Source: a virus (Duplodnaviria > Heunggongvirae > Uroviricota > Caudoviricetes). From it: DNA of 64,000 nt. Below the pieces are notes generated by a model. The model was not told where the DNA came from. It did no database searches and was given only the letters and a program-made list of their open reading frames with translations. The DNA lies in IMG/VR virus record IMGVR_UViG_3300042348_001285, one strand, 5' to 3'. Shown here one piece after another: positions 9,234 to 18,695 of the stretch. Position numbers and translations under genes: made by a program. Position 1 is the stretch's first letter, and every line of letters starts with the position of its first letter.

Positions 9234-9425
9234 TCACTCTGCGTCGTAACCGTCGAACCATGGGCCCCTTTGCCGTGTGCGGCGACGGGCGGTAGCACTG
9301 ATGGCGGTCTTGTAGGAAGTCTCAGGGCTTTTGCAGTGGGCTTGGGCCTCAGTCAGGGTTAGACCACGGGCAATGGTGCGATCGGGGCCGTTCATGAAGG
9401 AGCGAACGATCTTGTAGGTGGTCAT
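9234..9425 (-). CDS. small cassette ORF (63 aa)
   Basis: A TACAAT -10 box at about 9445 is followed by ATG. Confidence 0.45.
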   Translation of the reverse strand: MTTYKIVRSFMNGPDRTIARGLTLTEAQAHCKSPETSYKTAISATARRRTRQRGPWFDGYDAE

Positions 9426-9867
9426 GATGCGTTCCGGTTCGGGACCCCCATATTGTATGCCATGGGTGGCCAGGTGTCAAGGTGCCGGGTTGTTTGTTTG
9501 CATTTCGTAATAATGCTAGTGGGAGTAATACAAACGTACTAGCTTACCCGGTGAGTTTGCGCTTCGGGTGTCGCGGTCCGGTGAGTTTGCGCTTCGGGTG
9601 TCGCGGTCCGGTGAGTTTGCCGGTCGGTGAGTTTGCCGGTCGGTGAGTTAACTATCGGGTGCGATGTTACAAAACTTTACATACCGGGGCAGGGAGTTTA
9701 ACCGTAATGAGTTAGCCACCCGGTGACAACACAAAACTTAACATTCCGGTGGTAGCTTCACGGCAATGAGTTAGCCACTCGGTGTCAGCACACCATGGCA
9801 GGGGGCATGTGAAACCAGCATAAAGAAAGGCCGCCGATTGGCAGCCCTTTACTATGCGGACTTTCGT

Positions 9868-10257
9868 TCACAAAGGGTTGAGATTATCATCCACATCATC
9901 CATTCTTTCAAAGGAAGGGCAATGGAGCAGATTGCCGCTTTCCGCATACCCATCGATCACATATTGTGCGTACTGCTTAATCTTCTGCACAGCCACTTTG
10001 CTGTCTACTGTCTCCACGAACTCGCCCATGTTATAGTATGAAATCCGATCACCATTGTGGAAGTGATAAACCCTCTTTAGAATGAGGCGCATCCCGCTAA
10101 CAAAAAACTCCATATCGACTTGACATTCGTCCCCTACCCCAAAGAATACGGGAAATGTATACAAATCGTTAGGGGAGGGATTAGCCCAGGGGCTGGAATT
10201 TTCCCACTGAAGGGTAACTGAAGTCGTCCCACGAGAAATGATCGAGGAGGTGGGCAT
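9868..10257 (-). CDS. hypothetical protein (129 aa)
   Basis: Cassette at 10262-10295. Lower-GC gene body. Confidence 0.5.
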   Translation of the reverse strand: MPTSSIISRGTTSVTLQWENSSPWANPSPNDLYTFPVFFGVGDECQVDMEFFVSGMRLILKRVYHFHNGDRISYYNMGEFVETVDSKVAVQKIKQYAQYVIDGYAESGNLLHCPSFERMDDVDDNLNPL

Positions 10258-10562
10258 GGTGCGTTCCGGTTGACTCTGTAATTATAGCATGGGGCGGGAG
10301 CCTGCTGTGGGTTTCCGGGGGTTTTGTTTGCATTCCGTAATAATGCCGGGTCGGTGAGTTTGCGGTTCGGTGAGTTGACCATCGGGTGAGATGTTACAAA
10401 ACTTAACACACCGGGGCAGGGGGTTTGACCGTAATGAGTTAGCCACTCGGTGTCAACACAAAACTTAACACATCATGGCAGGGGGTTTGACCGTAATGAG
10501 TTAAACCCCCAAACAGCAAGCCCCAGCAAAGCCAGGGCAGTAGCAACAACCTGATGCAACCC

Positions 10563-10766
10563 TCAACCTCGCGCAGCCCGAGAAAAGTCCAACTCAGGGT
10601 AAACCACCAACTCCCTAGGCAGGCTGCGGGCACGACGGGCCCATGCGTACTCATCGGAATACATCGCCTCGATGCGGGCATTATCACAGGCAACGGCAGC
10701 GGTGATACGTTCACGGGCGGCAGCACGACGGTCGGAGGCGATCTGGGTGCGGTAGGTGGTGGCCAT
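10563..10766 (-). CDS. small cassette ORF (67 aa, begins MATT)
   Basis: Cassette at 10775-10800. Confidence 0.5.
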   Translation of the reverse strand: MATTYRTQIASDRRAAARERITAAVACDNARIEAMYSDEYAWARRARSLPRELVVYPELDFSRAARG

Positions 10767-10954
10767 CGGGGCGTTTCGCTTGGGACCCCCTAATTATAGC
10801 ATGGTGGGGCCTGCTGTGGGTTACTAATGGTTTTGTTTGCGTTTTGTGACAGTGCCGTGGGCAATGAGTTTGCTATCGGGTGAGTTGTAACAAAACTTTA
10901 CACACCAGGGCAATGAGTTTGACGGCAATGAGTTAAACCCCGGACAGCAAACAG

Positions 10955-10977
10955 CAAAAAACCCCAGCGAACCGGGG
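10955..10977 (-). terminator. Rho-independent terminator
   Basis: Minus strand reads CCCCGGTTCGCTGGGG followed by UUUUUU. Confidence 0.65.
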
Positions 10978-10998
10978 CGAGATGGAAAGGTCGCGGTA

Positions 10999-11307
10999 TC
11001 ATGCGCAGCGGTAGAGCCAGCCAGTCGTCGGCTGAACCGGGCTAGGATCGGCCAAAATTGAAGCCAGCCATGCCCGAACACCTTTAGCGGGGGCTTTCCA
11101 GCTATCGGCTTTCAAGATGGCCCCGTCTGTCAGGCGTATAAAGCAGTAGACCGAACGCTGCGACTCGCAGGGAACACCACTGTGGATAGGCGCCATTGAT
11201 ACCTTGGCATTGCTGCGGCCCATTTGGTAGGCGTAGGCGTAGGCGCCAGCGCTCTTACTGGTCAAAATGGCGATAAAGGCATCGATCTGGGATGTGGTGG
11301 TGGCCAT
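10999..11307 (-). CDS. hypothetical protein (102 aa) of the WKAPAKG(V/I)R family, paralogous to 30961..31365
   Basis: Begins MATTT. 'FIRLTDGAILKADSWKAPAKGVRAWL' compares with 'FVDRVTGDVYKVANWKAPAKGIRYNL' in the paralogue. Confidence 0.5.
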   Translation of the reverse strand: MATTTSQIDAFIAILTSKSAGAYAYAYQMGRSNAKVSMAPIHSGVPCESQRSVYCFIRLTDGAILKADSWKAPAKGVRAWLASILADPSPVQPTTGWLYRCA

Positions 11308-11384
11308 CGGGGCGTCTCGGGTGGGGACTCTGTAATTGTACCATGGATGGGCTAGGGAACGCAAGCCCCCTAACCCCGTGGCGG

Positions 11385-11546
11385 TCAGGCGACTCTAACG
11401 TGGAGGCCCCGAGCGATCTCTTTAAGTTCGGATTCAGTGCGGAAGATCAGCATGAGCCAGAATTCTCCGGTGACTTCAAGATTGTTGGCCCTGATGACGT
11501 TCATGATGTCGTGGCGGAGGGCTTGCTTGCGTTGGGTGGCGGTCAT
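11385..11546 (-). CDS. small cassette ORF (53 aa)
   Basis: Cassette-derived start MTATQRK. Confidence 0.4.
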   Translation of the reverse strand: MTATQRKQALRHDIMNVIRANNLEVTGEFWLMLIFRTESELKEIARGLHVRVA

Positions 11547-11596
11547 GGGTGGCTCCCGGTTGGTTGACTCTGTAATTATAGCACGGGGCCGTAGAG

Positions 11597-11830
11597 TCAG
11601 CAATAAGCGTTTAGAGATCCGTATGGATTGGACGAAAGATCGAAAAAACCCTCCCAGCTTTCTGCTTCAGCGCGTGCCATTGGCATCAATGGAGAGGGTG
11701 ACTGAGAAGTGCCCCACTGGTGGCGATCATTTGCTCTAGCGAGGTGATGGTGGTGCTTAATCCTGGAGCGTGTTTCACTCCAGTAGCAAGCGGTTCCATG
11801 AAAGTAGCCGTAGCCGGTTGCATTGGTCAT
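11597..11830 (-). CDS. small cassette ORF (77 aa) with a HHHH run
   Basis: Cassette at 11845-11880. Confidence 0.45.
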   Translation of the reverse strand: MTNATGYGYFHGTACYWSETRSRIKHHHHLARANDRHQWGTSQSPSPLMPMARAEAESWEGFFDLSSNPYGSLNAYC

Positions 11831-11971
11831 GGCGGGGCGGGTGGTGGTGGTTGGTGACAGGTGAATTGTAGCATGGGTGCCGGGGCAAAGTCAGCCCCCC
11901 TGGATTCTGCGGTAAGCACGGGGGCCCGAACGGCATCCGCCGAACAGCAACCCCCCCCCCGTTCATACCCC

Positions 11972-12259
11972 TTAAAGCCCCGCAACCCTAGCAAGCTCCT
12001 GCATGGTGCAGGGGGAAGAACCCATCAGGGGCAAGATAGCAACCTCAAAATCCGAATGCAGATTCTGCCAGCGGATAGCAGCAGCGGCGGCATCTTCGAT
12101 GGACCAGCCTTCTACGGGGCCACCCTGCAGGAACCAGCGGCGCTGATGGGCGGTGGGGGTCTCAGGCTTGACGCGAGCCCACAGGCGGTAGGTTGTTGCT
12201 GGGGCGGGGGGTTGCATCGGGGCGGGGGGTTGCATCGGGGCGGCGGTTGCAGTAGCCAT
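11972..12259 (-). CDS. small cassette ORF (95 aa, begins MATATAAPMQPPAPMQPPAP)
   Basis: The cassette and a tandem 15-bp repeat encode the duplicated PMQPPA. Confidence 0.5.
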   Translation of the reverse strand: MATATAAPMQPPAPMQPPAPATTYRLWARVKPETPTAHQRRWFLQGGPVEGWSIEDAAAAAIRWQNLHSDFEVAILPLMGSSPCTMQELARVAGL

Positions 12260-12336
12260 CGTTGCGGTGTCGGTTGGTTGACTTCGGTATTATAGCACAG
12301 GGGGCCAGAGAACACAATCCCTAACCCCCCCGGTCA

Positions 12337-12546
12337 TCAGGCGGCAGCCAGGGCCAGCCAGTCGGCGGGTAGACACGTCGGATAGGGGCAGCGGCTGGTC
12401 CAGCGGACTTCTGCCCGCAGCTCGCCGCAGTCTTCCCACATGTCAACTACTTGCCCCCGCAGGCGGTTCCAGTGGAGGACGCGACCGGCGGTGTCTTCGC
12501 CGTTGTTGGCGGGGCGGACGGTGGCTCCAATGGTGATGGTGGTCAT
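12337..12546 (-). CDS. small cassette ORF (69 aa)
   Basis: Cassette at 12560-12595. Confidence 0.45.
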   Translation of the reverse strand: MTTITIGATVRPANNGEDTAGRVLHWNRLRGQVVDMWEDCGELRAEVRWTSRCPYPTCLPADWLALAAA

Positions 12547-12887
12547 CGCTGGTTGGGGGGGGGGGTGCGTTACCCTGAAATTATAGCACAGGGCCGAGGG
12601 TGCTGGGGTTGCCGGGTGTGCCGTTGGTTTTGTTTACGTTTGGTAACAATGCCGTTGGGAGTAATGCACTTGTACTAGCTTGCCTGTGGTTTGTTTGCGC
12701 TCCGGGTGCGATGTTACAAAACTTAACATTCCGATGGCAGGAAGTTTGACGGCAAGGAGTAATACACTTGTACTAGCTTGCCCGGTAAGTCTACGCTTCG
12801 TGACGGCAGGCAAGGGGCCAACATAGTGTCAACCCCATGGCATTGTCAACCCCATGGCATTGTCAACCCCTGGGCATCGTCAACCCC

Positions 12888-13127
12888 TCAAGCAGCAGCC
12901 AAGGCATCCAGGGCGGTAGCCAGGGCAGTAGCAGGGAAATAGCGGTCCTCACCTTCGCAGATGTCAGACAGGCACCAGCGGAAGCCGTTACGGGTCGCAT
13001 CAGCGGTCAGGATGTAGTCGGCACCTTTGAAGAAGGCACGGGATCCTTCACTGAATTCCACACCGGCAGGGAGGCCTTTGCGGAGAGCAGCGTTAATCAT
13101 GGTGGATGGGGTGGTTGCCGGGCCCAT
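12888..13127 (-). CDS. small cassette ORF (79 aa)
   Basis: Cassette at 13135-13170. Confidence 0.45.
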   Translation of the reverse strand: MGPATTPSTMINAALRKGLPAGVEFSEGSRAFFKGADYILTADATRNGFRWCLSDICEGEDRYFPATALATALDALAAA

Positions 13128-13398
13128 GTTGTCGTTTGGTGCGTTACCTAGTAATTATAGCATGGGGTCGAGGGTACTGTGGGTTGCCGGTGGGTGTCGA
13201 TGGTTTTGTTTACGTTTGGTAACAATGCCGGTCAATGAGTTTGCAGTTCGGTGAGTTAACTAACGGGTGCGATGTTACAAAACTTTACATATCGGGGCAG
13301 GGAGTTTGGCGGCAATGAGTTTACTGCCAGGTGGCGACACAAAACTTAACACATTGAGGCAGGGAGTTTGACGACAAAGAGTTATCGCACCGGCCAAC

Positions 13399-13422
13399 AA
13401 AAAAAACCCCGGCGAACCGGGG
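13399..13422 (-). terminator. Rho-independent terminator (UUCG loop plus U8)
   Basis: Minus strand reads CCCCGGTTCGCCGGGG followed by UUUUUUUU. Confidence 0.75.
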
Positions 13423-13449
13423 CAGGGGCAGGGCAGTATTGGGTGGGTG

Positions 13450-13662
13450 TCAGCCTACGCCTTGTCCCCAGACGGTTAAGCAGCGGTCTCGGGCGACCCG
13501 GTAGGATTCAAGCTCCCTGCGGTTAAGATCCAACATGGGGCGATAACCGTTGATACCGGCTGCACATGCCGCTTTCCAAGCAGCCTCAGCACGGTCAATA
13601 GCACATTGGGCGATATTAGCCCAAGAATCGGCGGAGATGGTTGCGGTGGTGGTGGGAGCCAT
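13450..13662 (-). CDS. small cassette ORF (70 aa, begins MAPTTTAT)
   Basis: Cassette at 13670-13700. Confidence 0.5.
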   Translation of the reverse strand: MAPTTTATISADSWANIAQCAIDRAEAAWKAACAAGINGYRPMLDLNRRELESYRVARDRCLTVWGQGVG

Positions 13663-14281
13663 TTGCCGTTTGGTGCGGTACCCTGTAATTATAGCATGGT
13701 GCAGGGGCAATTGCGGGGTGCCGTTTGATGGCGTTTGGTAACAATGCCGTTCGAGTAGTAGGTTTGTACTAGCGGACTTCGGCGGCAATTTTCGGTTCGA
13801 ACTATCGGGTGTGATGTTACAAAACTTAACATTCCGATGGCAGTTTGACGGCAATGAGTTTACCACAGGAGTAATACAAACGTACTAGCTGACTCCGGCG
13901 GCAATTTGCGGTTGAGAGTGGTACTAACGTACTACCTAACCCGGTGTCAAAATGGGGGCCACGAGGATCGGACTCGTCTTCTATTTGTTATGAGCAAATT
14001 GCATTCACCAGATTGCTAGACCCCCGTGAGTATTACATTACCCTGGCAAGTAAGTTCCGGTCACTATTCCTAGCAGCCATGGCAACCAGCACAGGCAAGC
14101 AAGCCCCTGTAGGCATGGTGCGTCCCAACCGTGCAATGAGTTTGGGGTCCTCACCAGGGAGAACGACCGGTTTCCATGGGCCCGGTGGAAAGGTGGTTTC
14201 GGTGGTCATAAGCCTGGGGGGTGACAGGTTGATTATAGCATAGGGGCCAACACAGTGTCAACCCCTCGGCAACCCCGACCA

Positions 14282-14540
14282 TCAATAACCCAGCCAAACC
14301 AGGGCCTGACCAGCATGGTTAGGGTTGACTTCAGGGTGGGAATCAGCCTTAAGGTCCGCAACATTTGCCTCATGCTGCCGTAGAAGCCGCCCAAGCTCGC
14401 GGTCAGTCAGGATCAGAGACTCGCTGCGGTCCCAAGCTGCGGCCAGAACGCTAGCGGCATAATTGTCGGGATCTTGACCCAGTGCATAATCAAAGCAGTC
14501 GGCCCACTGCTCGTCGGTGAAGGCAACCTGCTCGGCGCTG
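14282..14540 (-). CDS. cassette ORF whose conserved ATG position is lost; start uncertain
   Basis: The cassette 'TGCTACAATTACAGAGTCACTACCTGGACCGCCACC' is present, but I find no in-frame ATG before the body (...HIISAEQVAFTDEQW...). This is either a non-canonical start or a decayed gene. Confidence 0.25.
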
Positions 14541-14689
14541 ATGATGTGGCTGGTAGCGGTGACAGCGGTTGCCGTGGGTGGCGGTCCAGGTAGTGACTCT
14601 GTAATTGTAGCACACGGGGGTAGGGTGCCGTGGGTTCTGTTACGCTTCGTGATGATGGGCACGGCAAGGGGCCAACACAGTGTCAACCA

Positions 14690-14869
14690 TCACCCGATGC
14701 CTTCCCGATCGTATTCCCCGTAAGTCGATTCATATACGGCACGGTCATCGTAGAATTCAGCCTCAGCATTAGGATCGCCGTCAGCCAGTGCTTGGAGGAA
14801 TTTTAGGGTATCTTCGTCAGTGGGGGTAGCGGCGAAGGCGGCGGTAATGGTTGCTGATGTGGGGGCCAT
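14690..14869 (-). CDS. small cassette ORF (59 aa, MAPTSATITAAF...)
   Basis: A TACAAT box at about 14895 is followed by ATG GCC CCC. The ORF is below the track threshold. Confidence 0.4.
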   Translation of the reverse strand: MAPTSATITAAFAATPTDEDTLKFLQALADGDPNAEAEFYDDRAVYESTYGEYDREGIG

Positions 14870-15065
14870 TTTTTCTCCGGGGTGTCCGTCTATTGTAGCA
14901 TAGTGCTGGGGGGGGGGTTGGGGTTTGCGGGTCGGTGTTGTGCTTCGGGTGTTAGGCTTCGGTGAGGTTGCCGGTCGGTGAGTTTGCAGTCCGGTAAGTT
15001 GACTATCGGGTGCGATGTTACAAAACTTAACATTTCATTGGCATCGAGTTTGTGGTATGAGTTAC

Positions 15066-15372
15066 TTAAATGTAATTATAGGGTGCTTTTTGCGAGTAAT
15101 GTAGAATTCCGGGGTGTGTTTTCGGAGTAATGTAGAACGCCCCAAAATAAAAACCCAAAATTCAATCCTTGAGATCGATTGCAGGGGAACGGAGTTACTC
15201 CTAAAAAAATTAAAAATTTTAGGACCTTTTCAAAAACAGCATGAAAAATTCTATATTTGAATGCAAATTCTGCACCCTACTACTATAATCGCATATAAAT
15301 TATTTAATAGAAGACTCTTATCAATGAGTTATGATACATAAGAGTTCCTTATCAATAGGTAATAGCAGTAAA
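15066..15372. repeat. complex intergenic module, copy A (iterons, hairpins, AT-rich tail with IHF-like site)
   Basis: Carries 2x 'GGGTGCTTTTTGCGAGTAATGTAGAA'-type iterons, the hairpin TCCTAAAA-N10-TTTTAGGA, and TTGAAT...TATAAT. Related to the copies at 17.1, 19.9, 21.5, 22.2, 25.2, 25.7 and 29.4 kb. Confidence 0.8.
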
Positions 15373-15430
15373 GCAACAAAAAAAAGGGAGGGTTACCCCT
15401 ACCCATTCTTTGCGCTAAGTTTATCGCCAA

Positions 15431-15781
15431 TCAATCATTCTTGGCACCCCATGCACGCAACCGGCTAATCGCCTCCTCTATGCTGCTGGCATTAGACTTA
15501 CGGAATTTGGCCGTTTTGCTATAGGAGAACATTTCGATCTTCCCACCCCCGACGGAAAACATTGCGTAGCGGGAATTGTGGAAAATTCCGTTAATCCATT
15601 CTTCCTTGGGGTCTAGGGATACCTTGACGATTAGGGAAGCGTTTTGCTCACCGCCAAGTGTGGACCTTTGCACAGAAGAAACCGGGAAGGTGGCATTAAG
15701 GGCAGCAGCCAGGGTCTCACGGTCGGCTTCGGTCGGGATGAAGGCGGTTGCAAGGGTTGCGGTAGTTGCCGGGGCCATCAT
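15431..15781 (-). CDS. hypothetical protein (116 aa, begins MMAPATTAT)
   Basis: Cassette at 15790-15820. Confidence 0.5.
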   Translation of the reverse strand: MMAPATTATLATAFIPTEADRETLAAALNATFPVSSVQRSTLGGEQNASLIVKVSLDPKEEWINGIFHNSRYAMFSVGGGKIEMFSYSKTAKFRKSNASSIEEAISRLRAWGAKND

Positions 15782-15940
15782 TGCCGGTGGTTGGTTGGCT
15801 TCGTAATTATAGCACAGGGCCGAGGGTACTGTGGGTGATGTTACAAGGAGTGACAACAGGCACGGCAGGGTGCCGTCACGGCCTGCAACAACAGGCAAGG
15901 CAGGGGCTACCGGCAGGCAACCCCCCCCCCTGGCCATCAC

Positions 15941-16237
15941 TCACACAGCCGGAACCTGGCAGCCGGCAGCGATCACCCCTTTGCCTTCCATCTCATCCAG
16001 CAGGGTGACGTAAGCGGCAGCGATGGCGTTCTTGGTGGCACGGCCGGTTAGCTCAACCCGGAAACTCCGGCAGCTGAAGGGTAGGCATGTGAACGTGCTG
16101 TAGCCGGTGCTGGTCTCTACAGTGCCCTCACTGGCAGTGACCCTGGCAGGGCGGCCATTGGGTTTGTAGTAGGAGACTTGGAAAACCTTGCCGGGCTGGT
16201 CAAGGCTGTTCACGTAGAAGGAATTGGGGGTTGCCAT
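15941..16237 (-). CDS. hypothetical protein (98 aa, begins MATPNS)
   Basis: Cassette at 16245-16285. Confidence 0.5.
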   Translation of the reverse strand: MATPNSFYVNSLDQPGKVFQVSYYKPNGRPARVTASEGTVETSTGYSTFTCLPFSCRSFRVELTGRATKNAIAAAYVTLLDEMEGKGVIAAGCQVPAV

Positions 16238-16326
16238 TGCGGTTCGGGGTGGTTGCCGTTGGTTGGTTGCTCTGTGATTATAGAATGGAATGGAAGGGGG
16301 CGCAAGCCCCCCTCAACTCCTAGCAA

Positions 16327-16578
16327 TCACACAGCAGGCAGGTAAATTTCCAATGTGTAGGTAACCTCAGCCTCATTATAGGCAGCCAGCGTATCGGCTA
16401 GTTCCCCAAGCGTCACATAGTCGCTGTAGTCTCCATCGTCAATCAGGAATTCCATCTCATCGCCTTCGGCGGGTTCTTCCGATAGGTAGGGGGCACAGAA
16501 GGGGGCCAGTCCGGTGGGCATGGCGACGGGCAATGCAGCGAGGATTTCAGCTAGGGTAGGGGCGGTTGCGGTAGCCAT
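16327..16578 (-). CDS. small acidic cassette ORF (83 aa, begins MATATAPT)
   Basis: Cassette at 16585-16620. Confidence 0.5.
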   Translation of the reverse strand: MATATAPTLAEILAALPVAMPTGLAPFCAPYLSEEPAEGDEMEFLIDDGDYSDYVTLGELADTLAAYNEAEVTYTLEIYLPAV

Positions 16579-16771
16579 GGTGGTCTCGGTGGGTGACGAC
16601 AGGTAAATTGTAGCACACGGGGTCCTGGAACGCAAGGCCCCCCCTACTATTAGTTGCCAACTTTCGGTAGTATAGTCCCATACGTCAAATAGCCATACCT
16701 TTCGATGCCGTACTTGTGCAAAATATGCACACTGGACCATGGTACACCTTGTCCCCAAGTACCTGACTGAC

Positions 16772-16888
16772 TCATACGCTCAAAAGCACATTCAACGCTG
16801 TTACGCAGCCAGGAATGATCAATACGGGATGCTGATGCCGCTTGGTTGCTGCGGTAGTTGCGGTACTTGGGGGGGTGGGGAATGCCAT
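16772..16888 (-). CDS. tiny cassette ORF (38 aa, MAFPTPPSTATTAATKRHQHPVLIIPG...)
   Basis: Cassette at 16895-16925. The remainder of track ORF 16772..17197 is read-through. Confidence 0.3.
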   Translation of the reverse strand: MAFPTPPSTATTAATKRHQHPVLIIPGCVTALNVLLSV

Positions 16889-17027
16889 TGTTGCCGGTGG
16901 TTGGTTGGCTCCGTAATTATAGCACATTGCCTCGGGGGTTGGGGCCCCGGATTGCTGACTCCCAAGGTGTGGTGGACAGTTTGTAAACTGTCTATTTGAC
17001 TTCGTGAGTTTGACTTTTAGGGTTTGA

Positions 17028-17318
17028 TTCTGGGGTGTGTTTTCGGGGTCAATGTGGAATCTCAGAGTGCTTTTTGCAGGTAATGCAGAAACCCCAATTT
17101 GAAAAGTTCGAAAGTCAACCGCTGAGATCGACTGCAGGGGAACGGAGTTACTCCTAAAAAAATTAAAAATTTTAGGACCTACTGAAAAACCATCCAAAAA
17201 ATTCTACATTTGAATGCAAATTCTGCACCCTACTATCATATACTCGCGTAAAAATTATTTAATAGAAGACTCTTATCTAAATGTCTAGACAGATAAGTAA
17301 TTCTTATCAATCTAATCC
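17028..17318. repeat. complex intergenic module, copy B
   Basis: Same iteron, hairpin and AT-rich architecture as copy A. Confidence 0.8.
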
Positions 17319-17449
17319 CCCATCAAACCGCAATGTTGTGGGCTATTCGAGGATGCTAACCGGAGTCTCACACCAAATAGCAAAGGGGGCGATGCCGTAG
17401 CACCAACCCCCAAACATTAAACTAAGGTCAATCTAAGGCCAAACCAAGG

Positions 17450-17638
17450 TCAAACATAGAGACGAACCTGAGCCAGGAAGCACTCCCGGTGTTGCTTGCG
17501 AAGGATGGTGCGGATTCGCTTAGCCTGCTCAAGACTCCATACCCGGTTGCCCCCTACGGGCTCAGACCATGGTTTGCGGGTGATTTCCTGAACAGTGTAG
17601 AAGATTCGGGTTTTCTTGGTTGCGGTTGCGGTGGCCAT
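17450..17638 (-). CDS. small basic cassette ORF (62 aa, begins MATATATKK)
   Basis: Cassette at 17645-17690. Confidence 0.5.
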   Translation of the reverse strand: MATATATKKTRIFYTVQEITRKPWSEPVGGNRVWSLEQAKRIRTILRKQHRECFLAQVRLYV

Positions 17639-17809
17639 TGGTGCGTGTCGGTTGGTTGGTGACAAGTGAATTGTAGCACGGTCGCCGGGGGCTGTCAATG
17701 CTTTTGGGGTAGGGACCCGGCTTCCAAATTTTCGGAGGGGGCGCAAGCCCCTTGCCATCTGGTCATCATTCCCTAGGTATCAATGCCCTTGCAGTAGGAT
17801 CCAGTTCTC

Positions 17810-17880
17810 AAAATTTTCGGAGGGGGCGTTAGCCCCCGACTGGTTCGGGCGCCGTAGGCGGTAACCCGAACCCAATCCCA
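17810..17880. repeat. 71-bp GC-rich structured element, copy 1 (second copy at 39816..39885)
   Basis: Near-identical 'AATTTTCGGAGGGGGCGTTAGCCCCCGACTGGTTCGGGCGCCGTAGGCGGTAACCCGAACCCAATCCCA'. It holds hairpin GGGGGC-GTTA-GCCCCC and a perfect 8-bp stem GGTTCGGG/CCCGAACC that encloses CGCC-GTAG-GCGG. Confidence 0.75.
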
Positions 17881-17930
17881 GGGCATCAATCCCAGGGCAT
17901 CAATCCCAGGGCATCAATCCCATGGGCAAA
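17876..17930. repeat. microsatellite (gggcatcaatccca)x4 directly after the structured element
   Basis: Direct tandem reading. Confidence 0.85.
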
Positions 17931-18012
17931 GTTGCCAGTGGCTGATAACAATGGTAGTATAACAAAAAAGGCCAGGAAGCACAAGCCCCCTGACCATGGT
18001 AGCTAATCCCTA

Positions 18013-18315
18013 TCAGGAACACTGATTTAATGGGGTAGGATCAAAGTGAATATCCCGCTCGATGCGTAGTCCAGCTGGGCCCCGAGTAGCTTCTAGGTCC
18101 CTGAGGTCGAAGTACCCAAGTTCCCGCTCCAGACCGATAACCAACCCAAAGCATAACCCTGTCGCAGGATCCATCTCCGTGAGATACCATGTCCAGTTTG
18201 ACCAGGGGGTGAAAAATTTGGTATAGGCGATTGCTGCCATACCTTTACCGTCCTGTGCGTACAGGGCAGGAACCTTGGTGGCGATTGCCTTGGTTAGTAG
18301 CTTGGTGTTGGCCAT
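18013..18315 (-). CDS. hypothetical protein (100 aa, begins MANT)
   Basis: Cassette at 18320-18360. Confidence 0.5.
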   Translation of the reverse strand: MANTKLLTKAIATKVPALYAQDGKGMAAIAYTKFFTPWSNWTWYLTEMDPATGLCFGLVIGLERELGYFDLRDLEATRGPAGLRIERDIHFDPTPLNQCS

Positions 18316-18695
18316 GGTTGCCGGTGGGTGACGACAGGGTAATCATAGCACAGGCAGGAAGGGGGGGCGCAAGCCCCTTGCCCCCCGGTTTTGTCCCTCA
18401 GTCTGGAATTGATTGGCCGTAGCGGAGGGGTTCGGCTTCTTTCATTACCTAATAGCTGCATGAATGTTTAATAGCCCCATGGTAAACCACGCTCACATTC
18501 TCATATATTCTTTGTTGAAAACAAAGACTTGGCATCATTCATGCAGGTTTTCGGCTCTTACTTCACCTCATTTAACTCTCGCTGAGACAATGCGAGTAGC
18601 CCCGTTGACTTTGCGGTTTGGGTGGTGGTGGTGGGTGACTTCGGTAGTATAGCACTAATGGGAAGGGAACGCAAGCCCCCCCGACATGCCAATAA

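Noticed and set aside
17810-17880. 71-bp element as a Rho-independent terminator.
   Set aside because: A GC hairpin is present, but no U-tract follows on either strand. It also has an extra conserved 8-bp stem that a simple terminator would not need.
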